Part shown: one piece after another, positions 1-8,898 of the stretch | How positions within the stretch are numbered: the first letter of the stretch is position 1 | Layout of the letters: each line of letters opens with the position of its first letter | IMG/VR virus record: IMGVR_UViG_3300012041_000061 | Location: 1-24,822 of that record | DNA: 24,822 nt | Reading direction: 5' to 3' (one strand) | Source: a virus | Taxonomy: Duplodnaviria > Caudoviricetes | Translations under genes and position numbers: made by a program | Notes under the pieces: generated by a model | Seen by the model: only the letters and a program-made list of their open reading frames with translations | What the model was told of the DNA's origin: nothing | Databases searched by the model: none

Positions 1-519
1 CTTGACCATGTGGATCGGGTCCAAGACCGCCACGCGGCCGTCCATCGGGGTCGCGACGTTCGTGAGCCGCGCGCCCGCGGTCATGTAGGTCTCCATCGAG
101 GTCGGCGTCACGCCGGGCGTGCCCTCAGCCTTCCAGACGGTCGGCGTCATGCGCGTCAGGCCGTCGTAGTCGATGGTGTTCGCGAGCTGCTCGCCCGCGG
201 GGTTGACGTAGCGCTTGCGGGTTTCTTCGACCACGACCGTCGCGTCGGCGGTCGACCAGGACGTGCCGATGTTCGCCTGGTCGGTGAGGGTGACGGGGAC
301 GGTCTGGTCGTTAATGGGCTGGGCCTGGAAGGCTTGCCCCTTGGTCGTGCGGAAGCGTTGCGGGAGCCGGCCGGAGACGGTGTAGCCGACCTTCGCGCCG
401 CCCGCCTTGAACTTGTCATCGTACCAGCGCTCGATGTTCGCCGCGAATTTGAGCTGATTGACGGCCACTCGGGCCACGTCCTTGAGCACCCATGAGGGGG
501 TGATGAAAGTATTCGCCAT
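1..519 (-). CDS. Major capsid protein, P22 gp5-like (5' part; runs off window start)
   Basis: Not in the ORF track because it has no stop in the window. Manual translation MANTFITPSWVLKDVARVAVNQLKFAANIERWYDDKFKAGGAKVGYTVSGRLPQRF... resembles P22-type coat N-termini. AGGAGG SD upstream; directly follows the scaffold gene. Confidence 0.9.
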   Translation of the reverse strand, partial: MANTFITPSWVLKDVARVAVNQLKFAANIERWYDDKFKAGGAKVGYTVSGRLPQRFRTTKGQAFQAQPINDQTVPVTLTDQANIGTSWSTADATVVVEETRKRYVNPAGEQLANTIDYDGLTRMTPTVWKAEGTPGVTPTSMETYMTAGARLTNVATPMDGRVAVLDPIHMVK

Positions 520-571
520 CGCGACCGCCCTCCTTCGAGCGGGGCGCGCGCATGGACGACGGACCTACGGG

Positions 572-1600
572 CTAGCGGGTGCCGGGGACCTTGAGCTTGC
601 GGTTCCAGTAGCGCGCATGCTCCGCCGCGGACGCCGTGTCACCGGGAGGATCGTCCCCCATGACTGGCGAGCTCCCGACCGGCTGAACCGGGGGCTTCGC
701 AGTGCTGAGTTTGGGCGGCGCGGCTGGGCCGGCCCCATTCCGGGGCGCAGCACGCGGGCCTAGCTGGGATTCCAAGAGACGGCGCATCACGGCGGCAGCG
801 GCGACGGGAGTGTGTTGCGACTCCTCGGCGAGCTGGGTGCACTCCTCGGGATGCGTGGCGAGGTAGTACACGAGGTCGGCGGCCTTGGGCGACTCCGCGA
901 TCGCCAGTTGCATGACGGCCGAGACCTGGAGGCCTAGTGTATCAGCCTCTGTCAAGACCTGATCGTAGTCGGGGTAGTCTTTGCGTCCTTCGGCGAGGCG
1001 GTGCTCGAACGCGGTGGCCTGCACCTTGGCGGCCTGCTCGGCGTCCCACTGCTGGCGCGCCTCGGCGAGCCCCTGCGCGCGGTCCCAGCGGGCCCACGCC
1101 TGGACGTAGGCGGTGTAGGGGTCGGGGGCGTCGGCAAACTGCTCGAACTGCGGCTCGCCGGCGGACCCGTTGGTCGGCGCGCTATACCCCGGCGGTGTGA
1201 CAGGACTGGTCACACTGGGCTGTCGCAACCGCTGGAGCTCGGCCTCGAGCTGGGCGGCGCGCTGCTCGGCCTGCGCCTTCTGCGCGATCGCCTGCTTCAT
1301 GCGCGCGACGGGGTCGTGGCGCGGGAGCGTGTCGTCGCGGCGGCGCGCGGGCGCCGCGGGCTCGGCCGCCGACTCGAGCGGGAGCGGCGCCTCGGCCGGC
1401 GGGGTCTGGCCCTCGGCCTTCGCGAACCGCCCCTGCGGGTCCCGCACCGGCGGCGGGGGCGTCGTGCTCTCGTGCGGCCGGCTGTCGCCGTCCCCCTGCG
1501 GCGCGGCGGGGGTCGTCATTTCGGCGCGCAGGTCGGCTTCGGTCGCCGTGTTACTGGTGACGGTGACGCCGCCCTCGGTGACGCTGACGGTCTCGCCCAT
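572..1600 (-). CDS. Scaffolding protein
   Basis: Lies between portal and coat; low-complexity N-terminus, coiled coil, 'YPDYDQV' and 'DLVYYLATHPEE' motifs typical of P22-like scaffolds; basic C-terminal tail. Confidence 0.85.
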   Translation of the reverse strand: MGETVSVTEGGVTVTSNTATEADLRAEMTTPAAPQGDGDSRPHESTTPPPPVRDPQGRFAKAEGQTPPAEAPLPLESAAEPAAPARRRDDTLPRHDPVARMKQAIAQKAQAEQRAAQLEAELQRLRQPSVTSPVTPPGYSAPTNGSAGEPQFEQFADAPDPYTAYVQAWARWDRAQGLAEARQQWDAEQAAKVQATAFEHRLAEGRKDYPDYDQVLTEADTLGLQVSAVMQLAIAESPKAADLVYYLATHPEECTQLAEESQHTPVAAAAVMRRLLESQLGPRAAPRNGAGPAAPPKLSTAKPPVQPVGSSPVMGDDPPGDTASAAEHARYWNRKLKVPGTR

Positions 1601-3958
1601 TTACAACGGCCCTCCTGGGCCTTGTGGCGGGCCCTGTGGCGCGGGCGGCGCACCCCCCCCCGGCGCGCCCTGCGGCCCGCCGGCGGGCCCCGGCGCCTGC
1701 TGCGCGGCCATCTGCGCCAGGTCCCGCTCCTGCTGCTGCTGCGCCGCCTGCTGGTCCTTCTGGAACGCCTGCGCCTCGAGTTGGTCGATGCTCCGCTGCA
1801 CGCCCTGCAGCGCCACACGGTCGGTCGCGCCTTGCACCCCGAGGGTCGCCTGCTGGAGCGCCGACTGCGCGCTCAGATCGGCCTTCAGGAGCTCGACCTG
1901 CGCCTTGACCGCCTCGATCCGCTCCTTGCTCGCGAGCTCGAGCTGCGTCACCTGCACCTGCGCGTCGGCCTTGACCTGGTCGGTCTCGATGACCTGCGTC
2001 TTCGCCTGGAGCTCCTGCGTGAGGAGCTGGATCATCTGATCGGCCTGCGCGACCTGCTGCTGGAGTTGCTGCACGCTCGGGCCCTGGCCTTCCTGCTCTT
2101 GGAACTGCGGCGGCAGGGTCTTCTTGGCGATGGCGGCCAATTTCTTGGCCCCCGGAAAGTCGAGCTCGTCGAGCCAGAAGGGCGCGAGAATCGGCGCGAG
2201 TTGCGGCGCCACCTGCATGATCGCCGCGATCGCCTCGGACGTCTCCTCGCGGCGGGTCGCGTAGGACTTGCCGACGACCGCGGTCACGCTCAGGTCGCCC
2301 GCCTTCAGGTCGATCACCTCGGCGCCCGGCGTCCCCGGCGGCACGGCCTGCGGCTGCCCGTCCGGTCCCTTCGCAAACGGGATGTTCACCATGAGCGATC
2401 GCCGCTTTTCATCCTGCCCCAGCGCCGGCACGACGCGCCCGGGCCGGTCGTAGATGCGCGGGATGAGGTCCTTGAGCACCTTGCCCTCGTACAGCATGCT
2501 CACGCTGGCGAGGTTGTCGAGGTACCCGCTCGAGCCGACCTCCGCCTGCCCCTGCAGCGCGCGGATCGCGACGCCGCTCCGGTCGTGCGGATCGAGCTGC
2601 CCCAGGGACACCGGCGGCATGTTCGTCGTCCCGTGCAGATCGTCCTTCGCCGCCGCCGCGGCGAGCGTCACGGCCTGAATGGCGGGCTCGGCGACGTTGC
2701 GCTGCGGGGGCGGCGCCGGGCCCCCGCTGTAGGTCGTCAGCCGATACGGCAGATACGGGAGGTTGCGCGTGTTGGCCTGCTGCCACCACGCCTCATAGCC
2801 CTCGAGCTGCCCGTCCGCGATGAGCCACTGCGCGCGGGGCGCGAGGCCCACGGCCTCGACCTGCGCCGAGCGCATGTAGTTGTAGGACTGCTGGGCATCG
2901 CGCGCGAACTGCACGAGCCCCGACCAGCGGCGATCGCCGTTCAGGTTCGTCTCGTCGCCGATGACCGGGATGATCGGGATAAAGCTGCCGTTCCAGTCCT
3001 GCGGCGCGGTCAGCTTCTCGACGCCGTTCATTAGGCACCACTTCACGCGGCGCGCCGTGACGACCGTGCGCCGGGGGAGCGGCGTGCCGCGGTCCTTTTC
3101 GACGGTCGCCAGGATGTCGGCCGGGATCTGCGTGACCGGGATCACGGATTGGTCCGGCAGGAGCACGAGGGTCTCGGTGTCCTCCTCGACCTCCCAGTAT
3201 TCGGCGATCCGCACGCTCGCGCCGGCCGTCCCCGCGTTCGTGCTGATCCAGGTCGGAATGTCGTTCCCGATCGAGGTCAATTCACGGTCGGAGTAGGACG
3301 CGAGCGTCGAGTCGGGGTATTTTTTCTTGTACTGCGAATGCGGCAGGTCCTGCGTGAGAAACGCAAAGGCGCCATCGCTCCAGTCCGGCTCTTGCGCGAA
3401 CGGGTCCAAGTAGACGGCCGCCTGGTTGAGAATGCGCTTATAGGTGATTTTCTGGTCGAAGGTCTGGGTGTTCGCATACTCGGTCAGAATCCGATACGCC
3501 CCGAACCCGCACTTGGCCGCGCGCTCGAACGCCCACTGCCGCGCGATGTGGGCGCGGGAGTCGGCCTGAATCGCCCGCGCGATGTCGTCGTAGGCCTGCG
3601 CGACCGCCTGACTGACGCCCTCGCCCTCGGGCGCGAAGGAGAGCCCCAGCTTCGCCTGCCGCGCCGTGTTGATGACCTGCTGCACGGGCCCGCGCAAGAG
3701 GTTGAACTCCAGGCACGGCCGCGCCGGCACCGGCGGCAGCCCCGAGCCGCCCTCCTGCCCACCGCGGGCCCGCCGGATGTCCTCGGGCCACTGCGCGCCG
3801 CGCTCGTCGACGAACCGCAGGTCCTCGAGCTCGCGCTTGCGCTGCTCCTGCATCGCCTCGTCGCAGAGCTTAAAGCGCTCGAGCGCGGCCTCGTGCGCGG
3901 ACGTGTCGGGAACCTCGGGGTCGGTCGGGGTCTCAGGATAGACGGGGTCGGTCGCCAT
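1601..3958 (-). CDS. Portal protein, P22-like
   Basis: 785 aa; 'GAQWPEDIR', 'RPCLEFN', 'DPFAQEPDWSDG', 'IPIIPVIG', 'ARDAQQSYNY' motifs; C-terminal Gln-rich coiled-coil barrel. Confidence 0.93.
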   Translation of the reverse strand: MATDPVYPETPTDPEVPDTSAHEAALERFKLCDEAMQEQRKRELEDLRFVDERGAQWPEDIRRARGGQEGGSGLPPVPARPCLEFNLLRGPVQQVINTARQAKLGLSFAPEGEGVSQAVAQAYDDIARAIQADSRAHIARQWAFERAAKCGFGAYRILTEYANTQTFDQKITYKRILNQAAVYLDPFAQEPDWSDGAFAFLTQDLPHSQYKKKYPDSTLASYSDRELTSIGNDIPTWISTNAGTAGASVRIAEYWEVEEDTETLVLLPDQSVIPVTQIPADILATVEKDRGTPLPRRTVVTARRVKWCLMNGVEKLTAPQDWNGSFIPIIPVIGDETNLNGDRRWSGLVQFARDAQQSYNYMRSAQVEAVGLAPRAQWLIADGQLEGYEAWWQQANTRNLPYLPYRLTTYSGGPAPPPQRNVAEPAIQAVTLAAAAAKDDLHGTTNMPPVSLGQLDPHDRSGVAIRALQGQAEVGSSGYLDNLASVSMLYEGKVLKDLIPRIYDRPGRVVPALGQDEKRRSLMVNIPFAKGPDGQPQAVPPGTPGAEVIDLKAGDLSVTAVVGKSYATRREETSEAIAAIMQVAPQLAPILAPFWLDELDFPGAKKLAAIAKKTLPPQFQEQEGQGPSVQQLQQQVAQADQMIQLLTQELQAKTQVIETDQVKADAQVQVTQLELASKERIEAVKAQVELLKADLSAQSALQQATLGVQGATDRVALQGVQRSIDQLEAQAFQKDQQAAQQQQERDLAQMAAQQAPGPAGGPQGAPGGGAPPAPQGPPQGPGGPL

Positions 3959-4134
3959 CAGCGGGCCTTCTCCATCTTCGCGATCGTCTCGTCGAGACGT
4001 TTCTCCAGCCGTTTGATGTTTCGGCGAATCGCCGGGCTCGTCCTGCCAGGCGGTAACTTAATCTTTCGCTTCCAGTAGCGGACATGCTCAGCCACCGACG
4101 CCGAATCTGCGGGGGGGCCGCTGGTTCTCGGCAT
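3958..4134 (-). CDS. 58-aa protein carrying a paralog of the scaffold C-terminal motif
   Basis: MPRTSGPPADSASVAEHVRYWKRKIKLPPGRTSPAIRRNIKRLEKRLDETIAKMEKAR; GAGG SD; its TGA overlaps the portal ATG (TGATG); 15/22 identity to the scaffold tail. Confidence 0.8.
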   Translation of the reverse strand: MPRTSGPPADSASVAEHVRYWKRKIKLPPGRTSPAIRRNIKRLEKRLDETIAKMEKAR

Positions 4135-4137
4135 CGG

Positions 4138-4404
4138 CTAGCCTCGGAACCGCTCGCCGGCGGCGGCCTCTTCGACGCGCGCGCGCACGTCGGGGTCGGG
4201 GATGGCCTGCAGCGTCGCGGCGAAGTCGGCGCGCGTGCCCAGACGCGCGAGGCGCAAGAGCTTGCGTATCCGCTCGGGGGTCACCGGCCCGCGCAGGAAC
4301 TTGGCCGCGAGCGCCTCGCGCACTAGGTCGGCGGGCATGCTGTCTCGGGCAGTATCGCACACCCTGTCAAGAGTGACAGCTGTCACTTTGCACAGGATCG
4401 TCAC
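4138..4404 (-). CDS. Hypothetical protein (start GTG 4404 or ATG 4338)
   Basis: Fills the gap in a tightly packed operon; stop lies 3 nt before the next ATG. Confidence 0.6.
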   Translation of the reverse strand: MTILCKVTAVTLDRVCDTARDSMPADLVREALAAKFLRGPVTPERIRKLLRLARLGTRADFAATLQAIPDPDVRARVEEAAAGERFRG

Positions 4405-4942
4405 GGGTTCGCCTCAAAGAACGCGCGCGCAAACCCCTCCGGCGTCACACTGCGTCGCGCCTTCCGATCCGCCGTCGGCGGCAGCCGGTGCATCTTCGAG
4501 CCCTCCGTCGCCACGACGCGCGCCTTGCCGGGCGGCGTGAAGTGTCCCCAGAGAGGAGCGTGCGCTTGGTATACGGGTCGCCGTAGTCAGCCGGATCGAA
4601 GGCCATCTGCGGCGGGCCGAGATACCACGACAGCCGCCCGACCGGGTTTTCGAGGGCCCACCACTTTGGCTGTTGGACCCACGCGACCCGCACGCACGCA
4701 TCCACGAGGCTGAGCGCGGCGAGGAGTGCCGGATCACCCTTCTCGGCCCACCAGCGGGCGCCAGAGCCGGCCAAGTGGGTGCAGTCCGGGGCGGCGAGGA
4801 TGCCCCAGACCCCGGCGCGCGAGCGCTGTATGAGGCGCACGTCCTGCCCCTTGCCCAAATCGTAGACCTCGACGCAGTAGCCGGCCTCGCGATACGGGGC
4901 CGACCACGCGCCCGAGCCGCCGCACAGGTCCCAGATCAGCAC
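4401..4942 (-). pseudogene. Small phage DNA cytosine methyltransferase-like gene with a +2 frameshift at about 4551-4552
   Basis: Motif I 'WDLCGGSGAWS', motif IV 'AAPDCTH', motif VI 'ALENPVG'. After YTKRTLL an extra TC shifts the frame; the shifted frame reads WGHFTPP...RSVTPEGFARAFFEANP* to TGA at 4401-4403. GTG start overlaps the terminase TAG. Confidence 0.75.
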
Positions 4943-6378
4943 TAGCCCATCCACGAGCCCGGCCCGAGCGGGCGCGGCCCACTGGCGGGCGGCTCGCTGA
5001 CCGTGGGCGCCTTCCGCCGCGTCGAGAAGTTGAGCTGCAGATACTCGGCGCAGTTCTGCGCGTGCTCATACCAGCCGTCTTTGCTCGGGTGCCGCATCGG
5101 CTTGTGGTTGACGCTGATCATGTGCGCGTCCCAGACGTAACCCGACTCGCAGCCGTCCGCGTAGAACGGCCACTTGGACACGCCCCGCCGGCTCGAGACG
5201 AGCAACCACCGCGCGTCGTCAATCCCAAACCCCTCGCCGGTCGCCGTGCGCTGCCGCATCGCCTTCGCGAGCTCCTCGATCATCGCGAGCCGCACGTCGG
5301 GCGCGTTGCTGTTGTCCTGAAAATGAATGCGATGGCGCGCCGGGTAGTGTGCGCGCAGGATCTCGACGCCGTTCTGCCGCAGGCCCTGGCTCGACTGGTG
5401 CGCGCCGGCCGGGTCGCAGCAGGTCTTCAGATCGACCACGCCCGGGAACCACTCCTCGCGATACCGCGTGACGACGCGCATAAAGTCATCGAGGAACAGG
5501 TCCTCGCCCTGTACGCCGCCCAGGAACAGCACCGCGCCGAATGGGTCGACCTGCCGCGCGACCCAGCAGGGATGATGCTTGCCGAAGTCGATCGCCTCTT
5601 CGAGCGGGAGCGCGGGGTTGAACGTCAGCGGCCGGACGTGCAGTTGCCGATTGAACGCGCCCGCATACACCGGGTCGCCGATGACGTTCATGCCGCGCAG
5701 GCCGTGGAGCAGCGTCTGCCGCTTGGGGTGCCCGAGCGGGTAGGTCTCCTCGAGGTTGCGGATCGTGTCGGCGTCGAGGTTGTGCGCGTTGTCATAGACA
5801 CTCAGGGGGATGTAGCGCCGATGGGGGATCGAGTTGTCCGCTGGAAATTCGCGACTTATCCAATGAGTCTCCTCCACGGCTTGAGGCGTGATCACGATCT
5901 GATGCGGGTAGCCCTTCTGCGACAGCCGCGCTTTGAGCTCGTGGTACACGTCGCGCGGCATCTCCTCGGCCTGGTCGATGTAGACGCGCGCGAGCGTGAG
6001 CCCGCGGAACTTCGCGTAGCGCGTCTGCTGGTCCTGCGCCTTGAGCCCGCGGATGTAGGCCCGCGCGCCGTTGGGAAATTCGTCGTAGTGCTCCATCGCG
6101 TTCCAGCGCACGCGCAGGCCCGCCTTCTCGAGGATGCTGCGCCAGATCGGTTTGAGCACCGTCTGCATCGCGTCCTCCGTCCAGCGCGCGAGGAGTGTGT
6201 GCATGCCGGGGTGCGCGACGAGCGCGGTGATCTCTTTCCACAGCGCGATCGTGGTCTTCGAGGCCCGTAAGGCGCCTTCCACATCAAGGGCGTGCGTCTG
6301 GTCCGTGAGCGCGTCCCACTGCTTCCCGCGCCAGCGGATCGTGACGGCGCGCTCAGCGAGGGCGGCTTTCGGCATCAC
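4942..6378 (-). CDS. terL: Terminase large subunit
   Basis: Walker A-like EGALRASKT, Walker B-like VYIDQAEE, nuclease motifs 'AIDFG' and 'CDPAG'; upstream of portal. Confidence 0.88.
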   Translation of the reverse strand: MMPKAALAERAVTIRWRGKQWDALTDQTHALDVEGALRASKTTIALWKEITALVAHPGMHTLLARWTEDAMQTVLKPIWRSILEKAGLRVRWNAMEHYDEFPNGARAYIRGLKAQDQQTRYAKFRGLTLARVYIDQAEEMPRDVYHELKARLSQKGYPHQIVITPQAVEETHWISREFPADNSIPHRRYIPLSVYDNAHNLDADTIRNLEETYPLGHPKRQTLLHGLRGMNVIGDPVYAGAFNRQLHVRPLTFNPALPLEEAIDFGKHHPCWVARQVDPFGAVLFLGGVQGEDLFLDDFMRVVTRYREEWFPGVVDLKTCCDPAGAHQSSQGLRQNGVEILRAHYPARHRIHFQDNSNAPDVRLAMIEELAKAMRQRTATGEGFGIDDARWLLVSSRRGVSKWPFYADGCESGYVWDAHMISVNHKPMRHPSKDGWYEHAQNCAEYLQLNFSTRRKAPTVSEPPASGPRPLGPGSWMG

Positions 6379-6779
6379 TAAACCAGTTCACGGGCTGGCA
6401 AAGGAATCGCGCCGACGCTGGCCATGCTGCCATACGGCCACACCTCGCCGCTGGCTTCCCATCGTTGTCGCGTCGCCGCGAGTTCCTCGGCGGTCTGCGG
6501 GCGCCAGAGATGCAAGCAGGTCTGGCAGAGATCCACCTTGCGCCCGTCGTTGATGTGCAACTGCATCACGACCTCGTCGTCCCCAAACACCCGCCGTTTG
6601 ACACGGTCCATTTCCTCCCACGTCGGCAGGCGCCCACGCGCCGACACGCTCACATGGTCCCAACCGGCACCGTCCGATACCCTGAATACCACGGCGCCTA
6701 AGCGAAAGTCGCCGCAGTTCGTGCCGACCGGCCCATTGATCCGCAACTGCTCAAGGCGAACGTTCGGCTCTGACCGCAC
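6378..6779 (-). CDS. Conserved phage hypothetical protein
   Basis: 'GWDHVSVS...PTWEEM..VK...CLHLWRP' signature seen in many phage proteins. Confidence 0.75.
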   Translation of the reverse strand: MRSEPNVRLEQLRINGPVGTNCGDFRLGAVVFRVSDGAGWDHVSVSARGRLPTWEEMDRVKRRVFGDDEVVMQLHINDGRKVDLCQTCLHLWRPQTAEELAATRQRWEASGEVWPYGSMASVGAIPLPARELV

Positions 6780-6780
6780 G

Positions 6781-6999
6781 CTACCTCCCGAACAGCTTCG
6801 CGAGTTGGATCTCTTGACAGGCCCGGGTGCCGATCGTTTCCGCGAGGTCCGGCTTGCCGACGTCGAGCAGCATCGCCGCGAATCGGAACTTATCCGCCGT
6901 CTGGAGGGCGAGCGTCTTCTCTGCTAGCGCGGGCAGATCGGTCTTCGTGCTCGCTTGCTTCACTAGCCGGTGGAGGGTCTTGTCACTCGCCATTTCCAT
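6781..6999 (-). CDS. Hypothetical protein
   Basis: GGAG SD, tight operon packing. Confidence 0.65.
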   Translation of the reverse strand: MEMASDKTLHRLVKQASTKTDLPALAEKTLALQTADKFRFAAMLLDVGKPDLAETIGTRACQEIQLAKLFGR

Positions 7000-7003
7000 C
7001 GCG

Positions 7004-7165
7004 TTACTCCAGTCGCTCCCACGGCGGGGTGAGGAGATCTATGAGTCGTCTCGCGTTCTCGCCGCTGATGATGTGCGCGCCGACACAGTTCGCGAGGAGC
7101 ACGACCGCACTCCGCAGCCGGGTCAGTTCGGCTTCCAGTTCCGCGTGTGTGACCGGATCGGCCAA
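7004..7165 (-). CDS. Hypothetical protein (start uncertain: TTG 7165 or ATG 7204)
   Basis: C-terminal part of track ORF 7004..7357; helical 'THAELEAELTRLRSAV'. Confidence 0.5.
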   Translation of the reverse strand: MADPVTHAELEAELTRLRSAVVLLANCVGAHIISGENARRLIDLLTPPWERLE

Positions 7166-7172
7166 TGACGGA

Positions 7173-7400
7173 TCAGACCTCGGTTTCGTCCTCTTCGTCG
7201 GCATAGCTGCAATCCCACTCGTGGTAGTCGGTGAACAATGAACAGTGGCACTCCGGGCAGTGCGGATCGTCCGCGCACGCGGGGCACCCGCGATCACAGC
7301 GACGGCACCACATGCACTGATGGTCGACACAGAACTCGTGCACGGCTTTGTGGCCATCGAAGTCCTGGCACCAGGGATCGCACGCCTCCTCGCACATCAC
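7173..7400 (-). CDS. Cys/His-rich acidic small protein, probable metal binder
   Basis: 13 Cys in 75 aa including CxxC pairs; starts 3 nt after the terS stop. Confidence 0.65.
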   Translation of the reverse strand: MMCEEACDPWCQDFDGHKAVHEFCVDHQCMWCRRCDRGCPACADDPHCPECHCSLFTDYHEWDCSYADEEDETEV

Positions 7401-7403
7401 CCT

Positions 7404-7982
7404 TCACCCCTTCTCCTGCTGCATCACGATCCGCACGGGCAGCGCCGCGCCGTCGGGCGTCCCGATCTGCAGCTTGAGCAGGCCGAGATGCTGCGCGAGC
7501 GTCTTGAGCGCCTCGACCTTCGGCGCGAGCTTGATCTTGTGGATGTACTCAACCTCGCCCTCGTCCACCGTGCGCGTCGCGACCTCGACGCCGACGACCG
7601 CGCTCGCGATCGCCGCGTCGTAGTCTTTCGGCTGTTTCAGGCGCCCATCGGGATCGAAGATGCGCCGCACGTCCGCGTACGCGACGTGCGCGAGCTCCAG
7701 CAGCACGCGCTCGGCCGTGATGTCACAGCGCGCCTGCAACCGCGCCAGCGCCGTCTGCACGGCCGCCTTGACCACAGGTTTTAACAGGTTCTCGCTCGCC
7801 ATCTGTTGCGCGGACGCCGCCGGGTAGCCCGCGCGAATCGCCGCCTGTGTGCCGTTGTAGTCGACGAGGTATTCCTGAATAAAGCGCGTCTGCTTGGTGG
7901 TCAGCGGCCGGGGGGGCGCCGTCTCATCGACCATTTTCCCGCGCTCGGTAATATGGTGTCGCCCGTCCGTCTTATCCGTCAC
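7404..7982 (-). CDS. terS: Terminase small subunit (start possibly ATG 7934)
   Basis: 'LTTKQTRFIQEYLVDYNGTQAAIRAGY...ASENL.KP' and 'KVEALKTLAQHLG' Terminase_2 signatures. Confidence 0.92.
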   Translation of the reverse strand: MTDKTDGRHHITERGKMVDETAPPRPLTTKQTRFIQEYLVDYNGTQAAIRAGYPAASAQQMASENLLKPVVKAAVQTALARLQARCDITAERVLLELAHVAYADVRRIFDPDGRLKQPKDYDAAIASAVVGVEVATRTVDEGEVEYIHKIKLAPKVEALKTLAQHLGLLKLQIGTPDGAALPVRIVMQQEKG

Positions 7983-7994
7983 TGTGGGCTTTCC

Positions 7995-8231
7995 TCAATG
8001 CACCCGCCCCCCGCGCGGCACGATCGGCGGGAGCGTCCCGTTGAGGCGGATCAGCGCGTCCGAGAACGTCGTCGCGCTCAGCCCGTCGAACACCGCCGCG
8101 AGGAGCGCCACCAGATACTGCCGGCGCATCGCGTCGGTAATCTCGAGCGCGTCCTCGCCCGCGTGCGCGCGCAGGATCTGGTCGAACCCGTCGGGCAGGC
8201 GCAGGCGAATGGTGTGCTCGCGCGTCGTCAT
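7995..8231 (-). CDS. Hypothetical protein
   Basis: GGAGG SD before ATG 8231 (MTTREHTIRL...). Confidence 0.6.
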   Translation of the reverse strand: MTTREHTIRLRLPDGFDQILRAHAGEDALEITDAMRRQYLVALLAAVFDGLSATTFSDALIRLNGTLPPIVPRGGRVH

Positions 8232-8444
8232 CGGTGCCTCCACGTATCCAAGCCGGACGCGGCTTGTGTTCATCGTCGTAACAGGGCCGACGCCGTCGCC
8301 GTGGCTTCTCCCAACCACACGGACCCAGAATTAGATGTACCTTGCGGTACCAACGGCGCCGGCCCATTCGGTTCGCGATCGGCGGTCATGTTCGGCGATC
8401 GCCTGGTGGTAGCACGGTCGACCACAGGGGATGCTCGCAAATCG

Positions 8445-8873
8445 TCAGACCTCCCTCACGTAGATCCCATGAATGTGCTCGGCGAACGTCTTACGTAACC
8501 GATACGCCTCGGTTTTCGTCACGTCGCTTTTGACGTCCTCGACCACGATTTCCCCGACGGCGTACACGCCGCGATCGCAGTAGCGAAAATCCGCGGTGAA
8601 CCGGCCCGCCGTGAAGACCACGAGCGGCGACCCCGACCGCCAGATCTCCATGACGTGCAGCGGAAACACCGGCTGGCACTCCAGGTCGGCAATGAGGCCC
8701 GCCTTCTCGAGCAGCCGGAGCTCGAGGTAGCGCGCGGCCTCCTTGCGCGACGCGAACCGCACCCCGTCGACATGGACCGGGATGGCGTGGTACTTGTTCG
8801 CCGGCGGCTCGCCGTCGACGAGCAGGCCCTCGCGCGCGGCGTAGGCCGTCCACGACTCCGCCCGCGCGCTCAT
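8445..8873 (-). CDS. DUF1064-family PD-(D/E)XK endonuclease
   Basis: 'NKYHA...VDGVRFASRKEA.RY..L', 'ADFRY', 'VVEDVKS', 'YRLRK'. Confidence 0.85.
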   Translation of the reverse strand: MSARAESWTAYAAREGLLVDGEPPANKYHAIPVHVDGVRFASRKEAARYLELRLLEKAGLIADLECQPVFPLHVMEIWRSGSPLVVFTAGRFTADFRYCDRGVYAVGEIVVEDVKSDVTKTEAYRLRKTFAEHIHGIYVREV

Positions 8874-8898
8874 CGCCGCCACAGTAGAAGTGTCCCCG

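Noticed and set aside
1001-3034. Long plus-strand ORFs (also 3149-4078, 5062-6270, 9499-11625, 14437-15666, 20456-22162)
   Set aside because: Antisense shadows of well-supported minus-strand genes in high-GC DNA; Arg-rich with no motifs.
8232-8444. Small gene between the DUF1064 nuclease and ORF 8231
   Set aside because: Several short frames are possible, none with a convincing SD or motif.
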